From positions 310,001 through 374,000 of the forward strand of contig NW_026781270.1 in assembly GCF_030144855.1 (NCBI RefSeq): a stretch of DNA of 64,000 nt. Reading direction: 5' to 3'. The notes beneath the pieces are model-generated. The model worked only from the letters and a program-made list of their open reading frames with translations, did no database searches and had not been told where the DNA came from. This document shows positions 38,558-49,594 of this stretch, piece after piece. Numbering within the stretch: position 1 is the stretch's first letter; each line of letters begins with the position of its first letter. A program made the translations under genes and the position numbers. The DNA is from Hypanus sabinus (taxonomy: Eukaryota).

Positions 38558-39109
38558 TGTGATTATGGACTCTGCCTCTAAGAACCATGTCTAAAAGAGA
38601 GAGAGAGAGAGACGAGCACAAGCAGCTTGTTACAGAGACAGATAGAGCGGAGGGCCTGCATGATGGACAGCTGGTGTTCAGCACAATGGTATTTAAAGGA
38701 GCGTTGCTGTTTGTTTCATAGGACAGGCAGACACACAAAGGCTAGTGGGAAGAGTTGTCACTGAAGTTTTAAATGCCCACGAGGGTGGGGTTGAGGATAA
38801 GTTAGGAGGAATCAGTCTGTGACTATTAGTGCATGTAAGAGCAACCCAGTGAAATCTGCTAGAAACCCTTGCCTGGGTTGGTAGATTGTTACTTGAAGAC
38901 AGTGCTCTTAAGTTGATCATGTTTGGCTAACTTGGAAGATTTGGAGGACATCGGAAGAGGGTCGAGGACACCTGTTTGGATGCAAAATCTCTCACTCACT
39001 TCAATCCCGTGAACTGAACTGAATATCCTTACCACACCAGCGTAAGACTGTATCATTTACCAGCTAAGTTTGGGAAATATATATTTATACCTATATATGC
39101 ATAACACTG
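38558..39109 (+). mobile_element. 3'-truncated Gmr1-type LTR inserted in the RT of the outer element
   Basis: TG start after IIRP codons, (GA)n, ACCCTTGCCTGGGT, ACTGAAC and ATAACACTG family motifs; RT resumes at ARFCTDY with a short deletion. Confidence 0.75.
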
Positions 39110-39769
39110 CTAGATTTTGCACTGATTATGGAAAGGTAAATACAGTAACAAAAACAGATGCATATCCTATCCCTAGGTTGGATGATTACATTGATCAGGC
39201 TGAAAAAGCTAAATTTCTTACAAAGATTGATCTGTTGAAAGGGTATCGGTGTGTTCCATTGACAGACAAAGGTAGAGAAATTTCCGTGTTTGTGACACGT
39301 TCTGGGTTGTACGAATACAATCTTTTGCCGTTTGGAATGAAAAATGCTCTAGGAACATTCCAGAGAATGATTGATTCTGTAATTCGAGGGTTGGAACACA
39401 CAGATACTTGTACTAATGACGTAGTTACAGGGAGAGACACTTGGAATGACCGTATCTCTGCAGTAGAAAAGCTGTTTGACCGGCTTTCCCAGGCCAGCCT
39501 TACAGTTAACTCACCTAAGAGTGAATTTGGCTATGCCATTGTGACCTATCTTGGCAATGTTGTAGGTCAAAGCAAATTGGTTCCTGTTCAGGCAAAAGTC
39601 CAGGCAATTTTCTGAAGTTTCTATTCCGACTGGTAACAAGGTTTCTGGGAATGGTTGGATATTATCGTAAGTTCCGTAAGAACTTTGCTGTTATCGCTCT
39701 TCCACTGACTAATCTCCTGAAGAAGGGTGGCAAGTTTGTTTGGACCAAGTCTTGTCAGGAGATTGATTG

Positions 39770-40630
39770 AAAATTATTATTTGAGATTAGGCCAATCAAT
39801 GTAGTGTCGTCAACAAGTTTAATTTGCAGATTGGAGCTGTGAGTGGCGACACAAGTCTTGGGTGCACAGAGAGTAAAGAAGGGGGCCAGGGAGACAACCC
39901 TGTGGGGTATGTGTGCTGAGGGTCAGAGAGACAGAAGTGAGGGAGTCCACACTTAGCACCTGCCGGCGATCTGACAGGAAGTCCAGGATCCAGCTGTCGA
40001 CACTTCACGCCTTGGTATGGCTACTGCTCTGCCCATGACTGCAAGGAACTGTAGAGAACTTTGGAGAGCCGAGAACATCAGAGAAACAAGCCTCCCCTCC
40101 ATTGACTCTTCCTACACTTCCCCTACCTCAGAAAAGCAGGATATGAACTCAAAGATCCTCACAACCTGGACATTCTTGCTGCAAACCTGCTCTCCCTTCA
40201 AGGAAGCTATACAAAAGCCTTAAAGCGCGTAACACCAGGCTCAAGGTCGGCTTCCTGTCTGTGGCTATAAGCCAAATGAATGATAAAATGGACTCGACGT
40301 GACACTGCACCATATGTCTATCTGCACTGCACTTTCTCTGCAGCCATAATGCTTTGTTACAGTTATTGTCTTGTCGTATATCAACTCAATGTACTGTCAT
40401 AATGTATTGATCTGTGTGGATGGTACCGCAGGCAAGATTTTCACTGTAGCTCAGTACGTGATGATAATAAACAATATCCCCATTTTAATTGTGTGCAAAC
40501 ATTAGACAGACTGAGCTTCTGCTTTGGAACCACAGAAGGAAACTTAACACTTGCCTTTTCTGAGGAATGCAAATACATAAAAAAGGCTTCAACCTCGCAT
40601 TACGATCTGCTTTAACTGGGATCGTGACTG
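39770..40630 (-). repeat. Inverted paralogue of 10920-11840
   Basis: Direct reverse-complement comparison. Confidence 0.85.
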
Positions 40631-41439
40631 GTGGTGGGTCTCCCATATCAATATCAGAATCAGGTTTAATAGCACCGGCATATGTCATGAAATTTGTTGC
40701 CTCTACGGCAGCAGTAGAACCTGATTCATAACAATAGATATTGACAATTGTGATTTAAAATAAGAATATACATATTAAATAGATAAATTATATATGTAGT
40801 ACAAAAAATGTAATAAACTTTTAATTGTGTGGAACTATTTGACTGACTGGGTTGTTGCTTTGTAAATTCTGGAGTGAAGCTTAGCTGAACTGTACACATT
40901 TATGAGAAGCTCAGATAAATCAAAAGGCGAAATTCTCACATAAAGGGGTCACACATCCAGAAATATTGGCTGCACTTCAGCAGGTAAAAACATTTCAATG
41001 AAATATGCTGAAAATATTGCAGGAAGAGAACATTGTCCACCCACAATGAGAAGAAGCGACAGATCCGGATCTCACTGCCTTGGCTGAAGGGGTGAAAGAT
41101 GAAGCTACACGTACATGTAGAGCAGTGACCCGCTGATGCTGCAGATCTGCAGAGAAACGTGAACAGGAAACGGGATCAGGTGACGGGTGGAGAGTCTCAC
41201 ACCTGAACCAGTGTCTCCGCTCCTCACCCTCACATACTGCCCGCCCCATCCGCCGCATTTCCCACATTATTTAATATTTACACCAGAAACATCCCATTCC
41301 CTCCACCGCTATGGTCACGAAGTCATGGGCTCGATTCACATCCCGGTACAACACACAAATAAGACCCAAACAGGAAGTGCGCAGGTTTCATTTAAATCAG
41401 TCTGTTCACATTCCTCCAGCCTCACTGGACAGGAACACT

Positions 41440-41880
41440 GAAACATCAAGTGAGAAACAGCAGGAGGAGGCCATTCAGCCCCGCTAACCATCAACAAGAT
41501 GGCGGCTGCTCTGCCATCTCAGCCACATGTTTCTGCCCGATCCTCATTTCCTCGATCCCTTCGATCCCCACACATCTGCCGGCCTCTGTTTTATGTGAGG
41601 ACGATCACTGAGTCTTCACCGCCCTCTGTGGTGGGAATTTACAGACATTTACCACCCTCAAAGTGGAGACATTCCCCCTCCGCTCAGTCTGGGACAGTCC
41701 ATCCCCTTTTTCAATGACTGGGATCCCTGGTTCAACTGGTAATGATGTTGTGCATTTCAAAGTGTTCACCTCAGTCCTGGATTCTCTAAGTGAAAGGGTT
41801 ATCACATTTGGTCTTTCTCCATATAATGACCCACCACTCCAGGGATCAGTCTGGTGAATCTTCATTGCACTCTCTATAAC
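41440..41880 (-). mobile_element. Old CR1 3' end
   Basis: GGAGGCCATTCAGCCC 3' UTR stem motif and GGAATTTACAGACATTTACCACCCTC. Confidence 0.65.
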
Positions 41881-41949
41881 AAATACGCTCTAACCTCTTC
41901 GTTAATCCTCTGTGGAATTAATTACCATCTTCTGCAGCCCCGTGTTACA

Positions 41950-42206
41950 CCAAACACTCACCTCCCCCCCCCTGTCACTGTTTCCACCTTCCCACCTCCC
42001 CCCTCACCTGGATCCACCTCTCACTCCCCAGCTTTTGCCCCATCCCCAACCCTCACCTCTTTTCTCTGACCATTTCCCGTCCACTCTCAGTCCAGAGGGA
42101 GGGTCCCGGCCCGAAATGTGACCGTGCTTCTCCTTATAGATGCTGTCTGGCCTGCTGTGTCCCACCAGCATTTTGTGTGTATTATCTGCAGACTTTGCCG
42201 CGTTTG
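41950..42206 (+). mobile_element. Penelope-derived element with decayed hammerhead
   Basis: Pyrimidine tract, GTCCAGAGGGAGGGTCCCGGCCCGAAATGTGAC, then ATAGATGCTG..CCAGCATTTTGTGTG. Confidence 0.7.
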
Positions 42207-42474
42207 TGATTGGCCTCTCCGTTGTCCCTCCCGCCTCCGATGACAGGAGGCGCTGTAGGGACCTCCGGCCACTGGCGACGATGTGTAGACCTCCGGCCAC
42301 CGGTGGTGCTGCGGAAAACCTCTCGTTAAACGCATGCGCAGTGCCGACTCCGGCTGTTGGGGGTTCTCCGACTAGAGCGGGGGTGAATGGGGTCTGACCT
42401 CGGCGGATTTCTGTACATTGGGGGCCACTTGCTTTGGGAAAGGGCCGGACCCGAGCTCTGCCGGGCGGCTGCAG
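42207..42474 (+). promoter_or_regulatory. CpG-rich promoter and first exon, probably of ZNF-B
   Basis: High CpG density; NRF1-like ACGCATGCGCA at 42330-42340. Confidence 0.5.
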
Positions 42475-43345
42475 CAGGGGTGCAATGCCAATTTTTTAGC
42501 TGTACGAGCGGTGATTGATTAGTTTGTGGCCTCTGTTAGAACGGCTAAAGTTATACAGCTCATGGTACATGCACTTGCAGTTCAACTCTTTGAGTGATTA
42601 TACAGAAAGTTTGAAGTCAGTAACTTTTGTTGTATTTCTGTTTCAGATAATGGAAAATTGCTAGTTTTTCTGAAATCGACCTTCCACCTGGGCTACGAAT
42701 TTATCAATCACCCCTTGTATGTCACACCTAATTTGTGTACCTGCTCCTTTCATGTACTGGGTAACTTCCTTGCACCATTCATGTGATAAGCACGTACACA
42801 AATTGGGCTTTTTATAATATCAAACTCTAAACAACTATGAAAGAAATATATATGAATTCCAGAGCTCCACAGAAATACGGTGATAGTTAAGACATTAACA
42901 AGATTATAGCCAATCACTGCATTTGTATATAACTGGTAAAATAAAACAAATAACACTTAATTTAATAATATGACAAAGTATTGCACAGTTGCATTCACTA
43001 ATAATCATAAAATATAATTACCAAGCAAGTGGAGTAACGTTGTTTGTTTAGAAGCCATAGGGTTATAAGTGAGAAAAAAAATACTTTTGTATTAGCGAGT
43101 AATCCACGGACCACCACAGTCACGGCTCCAGGATTTCACCAAAAACTATCGAACATCTTATCTTAATGTTATTAGTGGCATTCCCCCCCCCCATCCACCA
43201 ACCCCTGTCCCCAACCCCCACTTCTGTAAAATTCCCTCTATTTAATATGCGGCCGCTGTTAAATTCCCCGCTTGTTTAATTTGACTTTTTTTTACAGAGG
43301 TGCTGGAGTGGTGCTCCGGTGAGCTCCGGCAGCACTGCAACCCTG
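42475..43345. mobile_element. hAT-like non-autonomous DNA element
   Basis: Inverted termini CAGGGGTGCAATGC / GCACTGCA(A/C)CCCTG; no 8-bp TSD found. Confidence 0.5.
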
Positions 43346-43578
43346 TTTAGATCCAAGTAACATGGCCCCGGGGATCAAGCTGCCCCGGTTTATGAGCTGT
43401 TGAGCGAGTGTTTCTGGTCTGGGATCTAGTGTTTTTTACAGAGGTGCTGGAGTGGTGCTCCGGTGAGTTCCGGCAGCACTGCACCCCTGTTTAGATCCAA
43501 GTAACATGGACCCGGGGATCAAGCTGCCCCGGTTCATGAGGTGTTGAACGAGTATTTCTGGTCTGGGATCTAGTGTTT
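43288..43578. repeat. 144-bp tandem duplication (2 copies)
   Basis: TACAGAGGTGCTGGAGTGG at 43293 and 43437. Confidence 0.92.
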
Positions 43579-44687
43579 TTTTTTCTGGAGTTTCTTTGGA
43601 CGCAATGCAGCTAATCTGAGGAGAGAATGAGTTTGTATTCCATCCTTCTCAAGGAGAGGCTGTGAGTAAATGGGCTGTTCTGTGTTTGAACAAGTGGAAA
43701 TAGATCTGGGGGGGGGGGTTCAGTGTTTGAACTGTGTTTGGAAATTCCTCCTTGCTGTCACCTGTCTGTCAGACAGTGGAAATCAAACAGACACTCAGGT
43801 TACTGGAGATCTGCACAAAAATGATAAATTTTGAATCCATTCTGACAAATGATTGTGAACCTGAATCTTTAAATTTGTTGCTATCCCCACAGCAGTTCCT
43901 TACTTTTGAGGGATTCTGGTGAATCCAGTTTCTTTTTATTGCTTTCACTCTGGAATGGTTTAAATCTCCTGATTGTCTGTTATGTTTGGGATTGTGTTCA
44001 GTGCAGTTGTTGCTAACAAGGTACACGTGAATAATCTCAGGGATGATGGGCTTTATGTATGAGGAGCATTTGATGGTTCTGGACCTGTGCTCAATGGAGT
44101 TCAGAGGGACGGTGGGAGTTGCGGAGGGATGTGTGGTTAAGTAAACCTATCGAATGCTGGAAAGCCTGGATACAGTGGACATGGAAAGGATGTTTCCATT
44201 AGACAGAGAGTCTGTGATCTGACAGCACAGGCTCAGAATAAAGATACTTCCCTTCAAAACTGTGATGAGAAAAACAATTTCAGCCAAAAGATGACTGATC
44301 TGTGGAATTTGTTGTCATAGAGGTTGGTTGAGGCTGCTATTTGGGTATATTTATGACAGAGATTAATATATTGATGATTGCTAAGTAGGTTCAGGGTTAC
44401 AGAAGGAAGGCAGGAATATGGTGTTGGAATAAATCTCCGCCATGGTTGAGTGGTGGAGCAGACTCGATAGATCGAATCATCTAATTCTGTCCCGACATCT
44501 CATATCTTACCATGACTGAACAATGACTCCTTCCTATCCCATATCAGGTTCGGTGACGTGTCAGGGACAATTACAGATTTGTTCACTGAGACCGTTATAT
44601 TTGTCTTCAATGTTTAGATTTCAGCAAGCAGAAATATTTTGTTCTCATTTGTATTGTTAACATGCTTCATTATCGTTCGTGTTAAAG

Positions 44688-44857
44688 TTAGACCTGCGGT
44701 GAGAGATTTATTGGAAGAAATACCCACAACTGGAAGCAAACCACGAATGAAGATGAGGGAGCAGCAGCAAGCGAACCAGCACGAGGACTGAGAGCACCGA
44801 CTAGAGAGAAACCCTTTTGACTCAGGGTTTCCATTGATTCAGTCGGGAACAAGTCTG
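44688..44857 (+). other. Putative internal exon 2 of ZNF-B
   Basis: Paralogue of 14710-14878; consensus donor TG|GTGAGT. Confidence 0.55.
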
Positions 44858-44901
44858 GTGAGTCTCATTTACTCAAACACTGGTCCTTTAGACGTCACAT
44901 G

Positions 44902-46111
44902 TCGTATATTCCGGAGTATAAGCCGACCCCCATTTTCAAGGTTAAAAAAGGGACTTTTTCATGTTACCTTTGTATAAGCTGTCCCCTTTTATAAAGGTTT
45001 TTGATTTAACCAGAAACAATGCCTGTACTCAGCTTTGCAGGATCCAGAACCTGAAATTTTTGTGAACCGGTACCTGCTAAGAAAACAGGCTTACACAGTG
45101 AAGAGCGTTATCAGCAAATTCTTAATAAATAAATCAGGGAGGAAACTTTTGGATTAGGTCACCAATGGTGAAGAAGCCTCTGAAATATTACCCCCACAAA
45201 ACCATTTTGCACCGATCGTAATCTCGTTAAAACATAACACGGGGTGGCGGGATCAGTACATGTATTCAGTATTGAGTTTGCGACCGCCATGTACAAAAGA
45301 TTAAAACGAGTGCGATATGGTGCTGGCTTCAAGCTGAAGGTTGTTGATTTTGCCAAAGGAACAAATAATTCTGCAGCTGCTAAGAAGTTTAGTGTAAACG
45401 AGAGAGAGTGAGAGAGTGGAGAAAGGCAGAGGACACGCTGAGGGAAATGCCAAAGATGAAATGTGCAAACCGCAGGAAAACACGCCAGTGGCCAGAACTG
45501 GAAGGAAATGTTTTAGAGTGGGTGAATCACCAGCGATCATCCGGATACATTGTTACCAGAGAAATGATACGAGTTCAATGGGACGAAAAACACCATGAGG
45601 TCAGTGAAAATTTCAAAGCTACGCGAATTTGGTGCACCCGATTTATGAATAGACTCGATCTTGAGACAAAAAACAAAGATTACTCAGAAAATTCCTGCGA
45701 GGTGTTGTTGTTTACGTTCAAAATCGCTGCTGGATGGACAAAGTGGGTTAAAGAGGTGTGGCGTTGACATTCGGAAGGTTTTGGGAAGGAAAAGTCGCTA
45801 CTTGTCTGGGACGTGTTCAAAGCGCACTTGTCAGGTGAGACAAAAGCAGCACTGAAAGCTGAAAACACAGAGATTGCAGTCATCCCCAGTGGTTTGATCT
45901 CCGTGCGCCAGCCACTAGATGTGATTTTAAACAAACCAAAGAATTCATGCATTGAGAGTGGAATGAATTTGACTCAAAAACAACCAATAAATCCGACCTG
46001 TCTTCCCTGTATTCGTTTTTCCAAAGTTGGCACCCTCTGTAACAGCCGACCTCCTAATTTTAGGACCAAAATTTGCGGCCTAATTCTCGGCTTATACACT
46101 GGAATTTATGG
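44902..46111 (+). mobile_element. pogo-family (POGK/Passer-like) transposon, internally deleted
   Basis: Terminal inverted repeats (TIRs) TCGTATATTCCGGAGTATAAGCCGA / TCGGCTTATACACTGGAATTTATGG; TG/TA flanks; empty TA site at ~14921 in unit A; FKLKVVDFA..NSAAAKKF, WPELE, QPLDV motifs. Confidence 0.9.
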
Positions 46112-46499
46112 TATCTGTACAAAATAAAGTAGGGAATAGTTGAGGTGAGAATGAATGTATCAGTTAAGTCTCTCAGACCCAGTTGCAATAATGTACTGTC
46201 AGTGTCCCAGCTCTTTTAAGTCACTCACATTCCCTCAGTGTTTGCTCATTTGAAGAACTTGTATCTTCTGAAGTAGCTTTTGGTCAGTTCTGAGTGTGGA
46301 GAGGGAAAGAGGGGTGTTTATATTTACTATCCTGCAAAAAGAAGTAATTGTTTACAATTACCTGCTGCAGACTCACTACCCATACCCTGTACATTCTCAA
46401 CCAGATTATTGACATAGATGACAAGTAGCAATGGGTGTCACCCTGGGGAGCTCCAGGAGGCACGGGCCTTGACTCCAATAAACAGCCTCCCATCATCAC

Positions 46500-46905
46500 C
46501 AACACACACAAAATGCTGGTGGAACACAGCACAGCAGGCCAGACAGCATCTATAAGGAGAAGCACTGTCGACCACTGGTGCTTCCCCCCTCCCCCTTTCT
46601 TTCTCCCTCGGCCTCCCGTCCCATTATCCTCTCCCTTCTCCAGCTCCGTATCACTTTCGCCAATAATGTTTCCAGCTCTTAGCTTTATCCCACCCCCTCT
46701 GGTCTACTCCTATCATTTCGCATTCTCCCTACTACTTTCAAATCTCTTAGTATCTTTCCTTTCAGTTAGTCCTGACGAAGGGTCTCGGCCCAAAACGTCG
46801 ACAGTGCTTCCCCTTATAGATGCTGCCTGGCCTGCTGTGTTCCACCAGCATATTGTGTGTGTTGTTTGAATTTCCAGCAACTGCAGATTTCCTTGTGTTT
46901 GCTCC
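46500..46905. mobile_element. Penelope-derived element with inverted ends and hammerhead core
   Basis: 46501-46572 is the reverse complement of 46797-46863; GTCCTGACGAAGGGTCTCGGCCCAAAACGTCGAC at 46769-46802. Confidence 0.8.
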
Positions 46906-47519
46906 CATCATCACCATCTGCTTCCTACCATCGAGCTGTTCCCAGACTCTGGGCTCTGTGACAAACACAATGGTAGCAGCAAAATTAGACAGTGATTAAT
47001 ATAAAGAGAGATTTGTTGTTTCCTGAAAGTTGTCTGATGCAATGGACCAGATCCGTCCTTGCTTACAACTAAATCTGCCCTAGAACGCATCCTCCCGGGT
47101 CACACTGTGTCCGATAACCCACGTCCCCAACCTCCCTCACCCCGTCAGTAGCCCCACAACATTCCCACCATTTACCCCACACCCATCCATGTAGACAGAT
47201 CCTCGTCACCAACATCCACTCTCACAACTTGGGGAACCACAACGAACTGATCCTACATTCCCGGCCCAGACGGTGCAGCCGCCTGGCTCGGTCCAGGCCC
47301 TTTCCCACTGCAACCGCCCTTCGATTTACACAAACCCGAGATCAGCTCCTTCCTCATCGCCGCCCAACCAGGCTCAGAGCTCGTTAAGAAGCCTCATGTG
47401 GCACTTTGTCAAAGGTCTGAAAATCCACGTACACAATATCTACCAATTCTCCTTTGGCCACCCTGCTTATTATTTCTCAAAGCATTCCACCAAATTTATC
47501 AGGCAACCCTTCATTGCCT

Positions 47520-48966
47520 ATTCCAATGGGGGTGATCCTGAGGCTGAGCCAGGATCCTCAAGTGTGGCACAAAGTCGGCCAAGTAGCAACAACCACTCCA
47601 ACTCTCGTCCCCCTTCGAGAACCTGTCTGGTAGGGTGTGGTTCCATGCCGCTGCCCTGTTCTTTCTCCCAGCATCCAGGGGTAGGCCCTATTTCCACAAA
47701 CCCAATAAGCTCCATTTAGTGGTCCAGGGGTATCATAAGCTTGACTCTTGGTACAGTTACTACTTCCCACTTGATGGGGTGCACTCTCGTTCTAGTTACA
47801 CCAACAAGTAGTACTAGCCACTGCTGGAGATGTAACTCTTATCCCCGGCCATAGCTTGGAGGGGTCTTGTGGAGGAGATCTACGACTCCAACCCTCAAAG
47901 CAACACCATCCCCAGTCTCAACTTCCAGACCTGGATATGGTGCCATTGACAATGCTACCATTACGGCTATCAGAAAACACCAGATCTGAATTTACTTCGC
48001 TAGTATTCAGGGCACCACTGACATGGGGATCATAGTCTGACCCTGTTGGGGAATTTCATCACATACCCAACATGCTCCCCGCTCTACGTGCTTAGCGTAG
48101 GTGTGGTAGAGGGACAGGAAACTGTTAAACTGGGGGCCTCCCAAGACAGGGACAGGTTCCCTTAGGGTCATTAAAATCAGCATTAACCAGTACATCATTC
48201 AGTCTTATCAGTTCCGCCAGTAACGTGTTTACAGTCCGTTCGATGTATCCGCCGGAGCTGCCCTTCCACCATCACTGCAGGAAGTGTTGTCAGTAGCACT
48301 TGGTACAGTCCTCTCCACCTCGGTCCCAACTTCTTATCATCCCAGTTCTTGAGCAGAACAAAATCTCTAGGCTGGATGGTGGAGAAGTCACCTTTAGTTG
48401 GGGTTTCGTCGTCTCGATAGGCCTGTCGTACCTGTGAATGCAAGCTTTGGAGAGTGTTAGTTACTTTGCATAAATATTTTCCCATCTCCTCCCCCAAGGT
48501 ATGCATATCCAATGTTGCAGGTAAGCTCTCAGGGAGGAGCGGCAGACAAGGTCGGGGTCCCCATGGGGTTCTCATGGGCTTCCTGTAGATGATTTCTGCC
48601 GGTGATAGCCCTGTCTTACTTGATGGCGTGATTCTCATATGGAATAGGACTAAGGGTAAAACCTTCAATCAGTTCAATCCAGTTTCTTGTGTAGGTTTTG
48701 CCAACTTACCTTTCAAAGTACCATTGGCTCGTTCCACTATGCCGCTGCGTTCAGATGATGGGTGCAGTGGAACTGCTGTTTTATAGCAAGTTCTTTACAG
48801 ATTTCCTCATTTATTTTGGCCCATTGTCCTAGCTTATCACTTCTGGAAGTCCATAGTGTGGAGTTATTTAGCAATATTTTCACAACAGTCATCGTGGTAT
48901 TATGAGTTGTAGGAACAGCTCAGCCTTCTGGGCGGAGACGGCCGCTTCAAAAGTGGCCTGCTCAAT
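47520..48966 (-). mobile_element. Endogenous retrovirus ERV-B fragment (RNase H remnant, IN, env SU)
   Basis: GLSPAEIIY..MRTP, GPRWRGLYQVLLTT; env signal-like N-terminus, CWVC, YWVCGNRAY. Confidence 0.9.
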
Positions 48967-48968
48967 TA

Positions 48969-49590
48969 CACTGGCATGCAAAAGTTTGGGCACCCCTGGT
49001 CAAAATTTCTGTTACTGTGAGTAGTTAAACGAGTAAAATTTGAACTGATTTCCAAAAATGGTGACACATTTCTTTAATATTTTAAGCAAGAAAGCTTTTT
49101 CATTTCCTTCTTTTACAGTTTCAAAATAACAAAAAAGGCAAAGGGCCCAAAGCAAAGGTTTGGGCACCCTGCATGGTCAGTATTTAGTAACACCCCCTTT
49201 GGCAAGTGTCACCGCTTCTAAATGCTTTTTGTAGCCAGCTAACAGTCTTTCAATTCTTGTTTGAGGGATTTTCGCCCATTCTTCCTTTGCAAAAGGATTC
49301 TAGTTCTGTGGATTCTTGAGCTGTCTTGCATGCACTGATCTTTTGAGGTCTATCCACAGATCCTCGATGATGTTTAGGTCAGGGGAATGTGAGAACCATG
49401 GCAAAACCTTCAGCTTGCACCTCTTGAGGTAGTTCATTGTGGATTTTGAGTTATGTTTAGGATCATTATCTTTTTGTAAAAGCCATTCTCTTTTCATCTT
49501 CGGCTTTTTTACGGACAGTATGATGTTTGCTTCCAGAATTTGCTGGTATTTAATTTAATTAATTCTTCTCTTTACCAGTAAAAGGTTCTT
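48969..49590 (-). mobile_element. Tc1 transposon, 3' part (IR-DR type)
   Basis: TA then CACTGGCATGCAAAAGTTTGGGCACCCC, inner direct repeat at ~49152; QKDNDPKH...SPDLNIIEDLW. Confidence 0.9.
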
Positions 49591-49594
49591 GCAA

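Larger units (their letters stand above)
27635..39770 (+). mobile_element. Outer Gmr1-like Gypsy element (decayed, 3' truncated): 5' LTR, PBS, gag, PR, IN, RT, partial RH
   Basis: LTR 27635-28458; gag ~28570-29640 with CCHC knuckle; PR DTGASQSL at ~36420; IN ~37100-38170; RT 38400-39615. Confidence 0.92.

Noticed and set aside
45290-45960. POGK-like host gene or transposase-ZNF fusion in ZNF-B
   Set aside because: TIRs and an empty paralogous site show a transposon insertion; the transposase is frameshifted and deleted, and no in-frame splice path could be supported.
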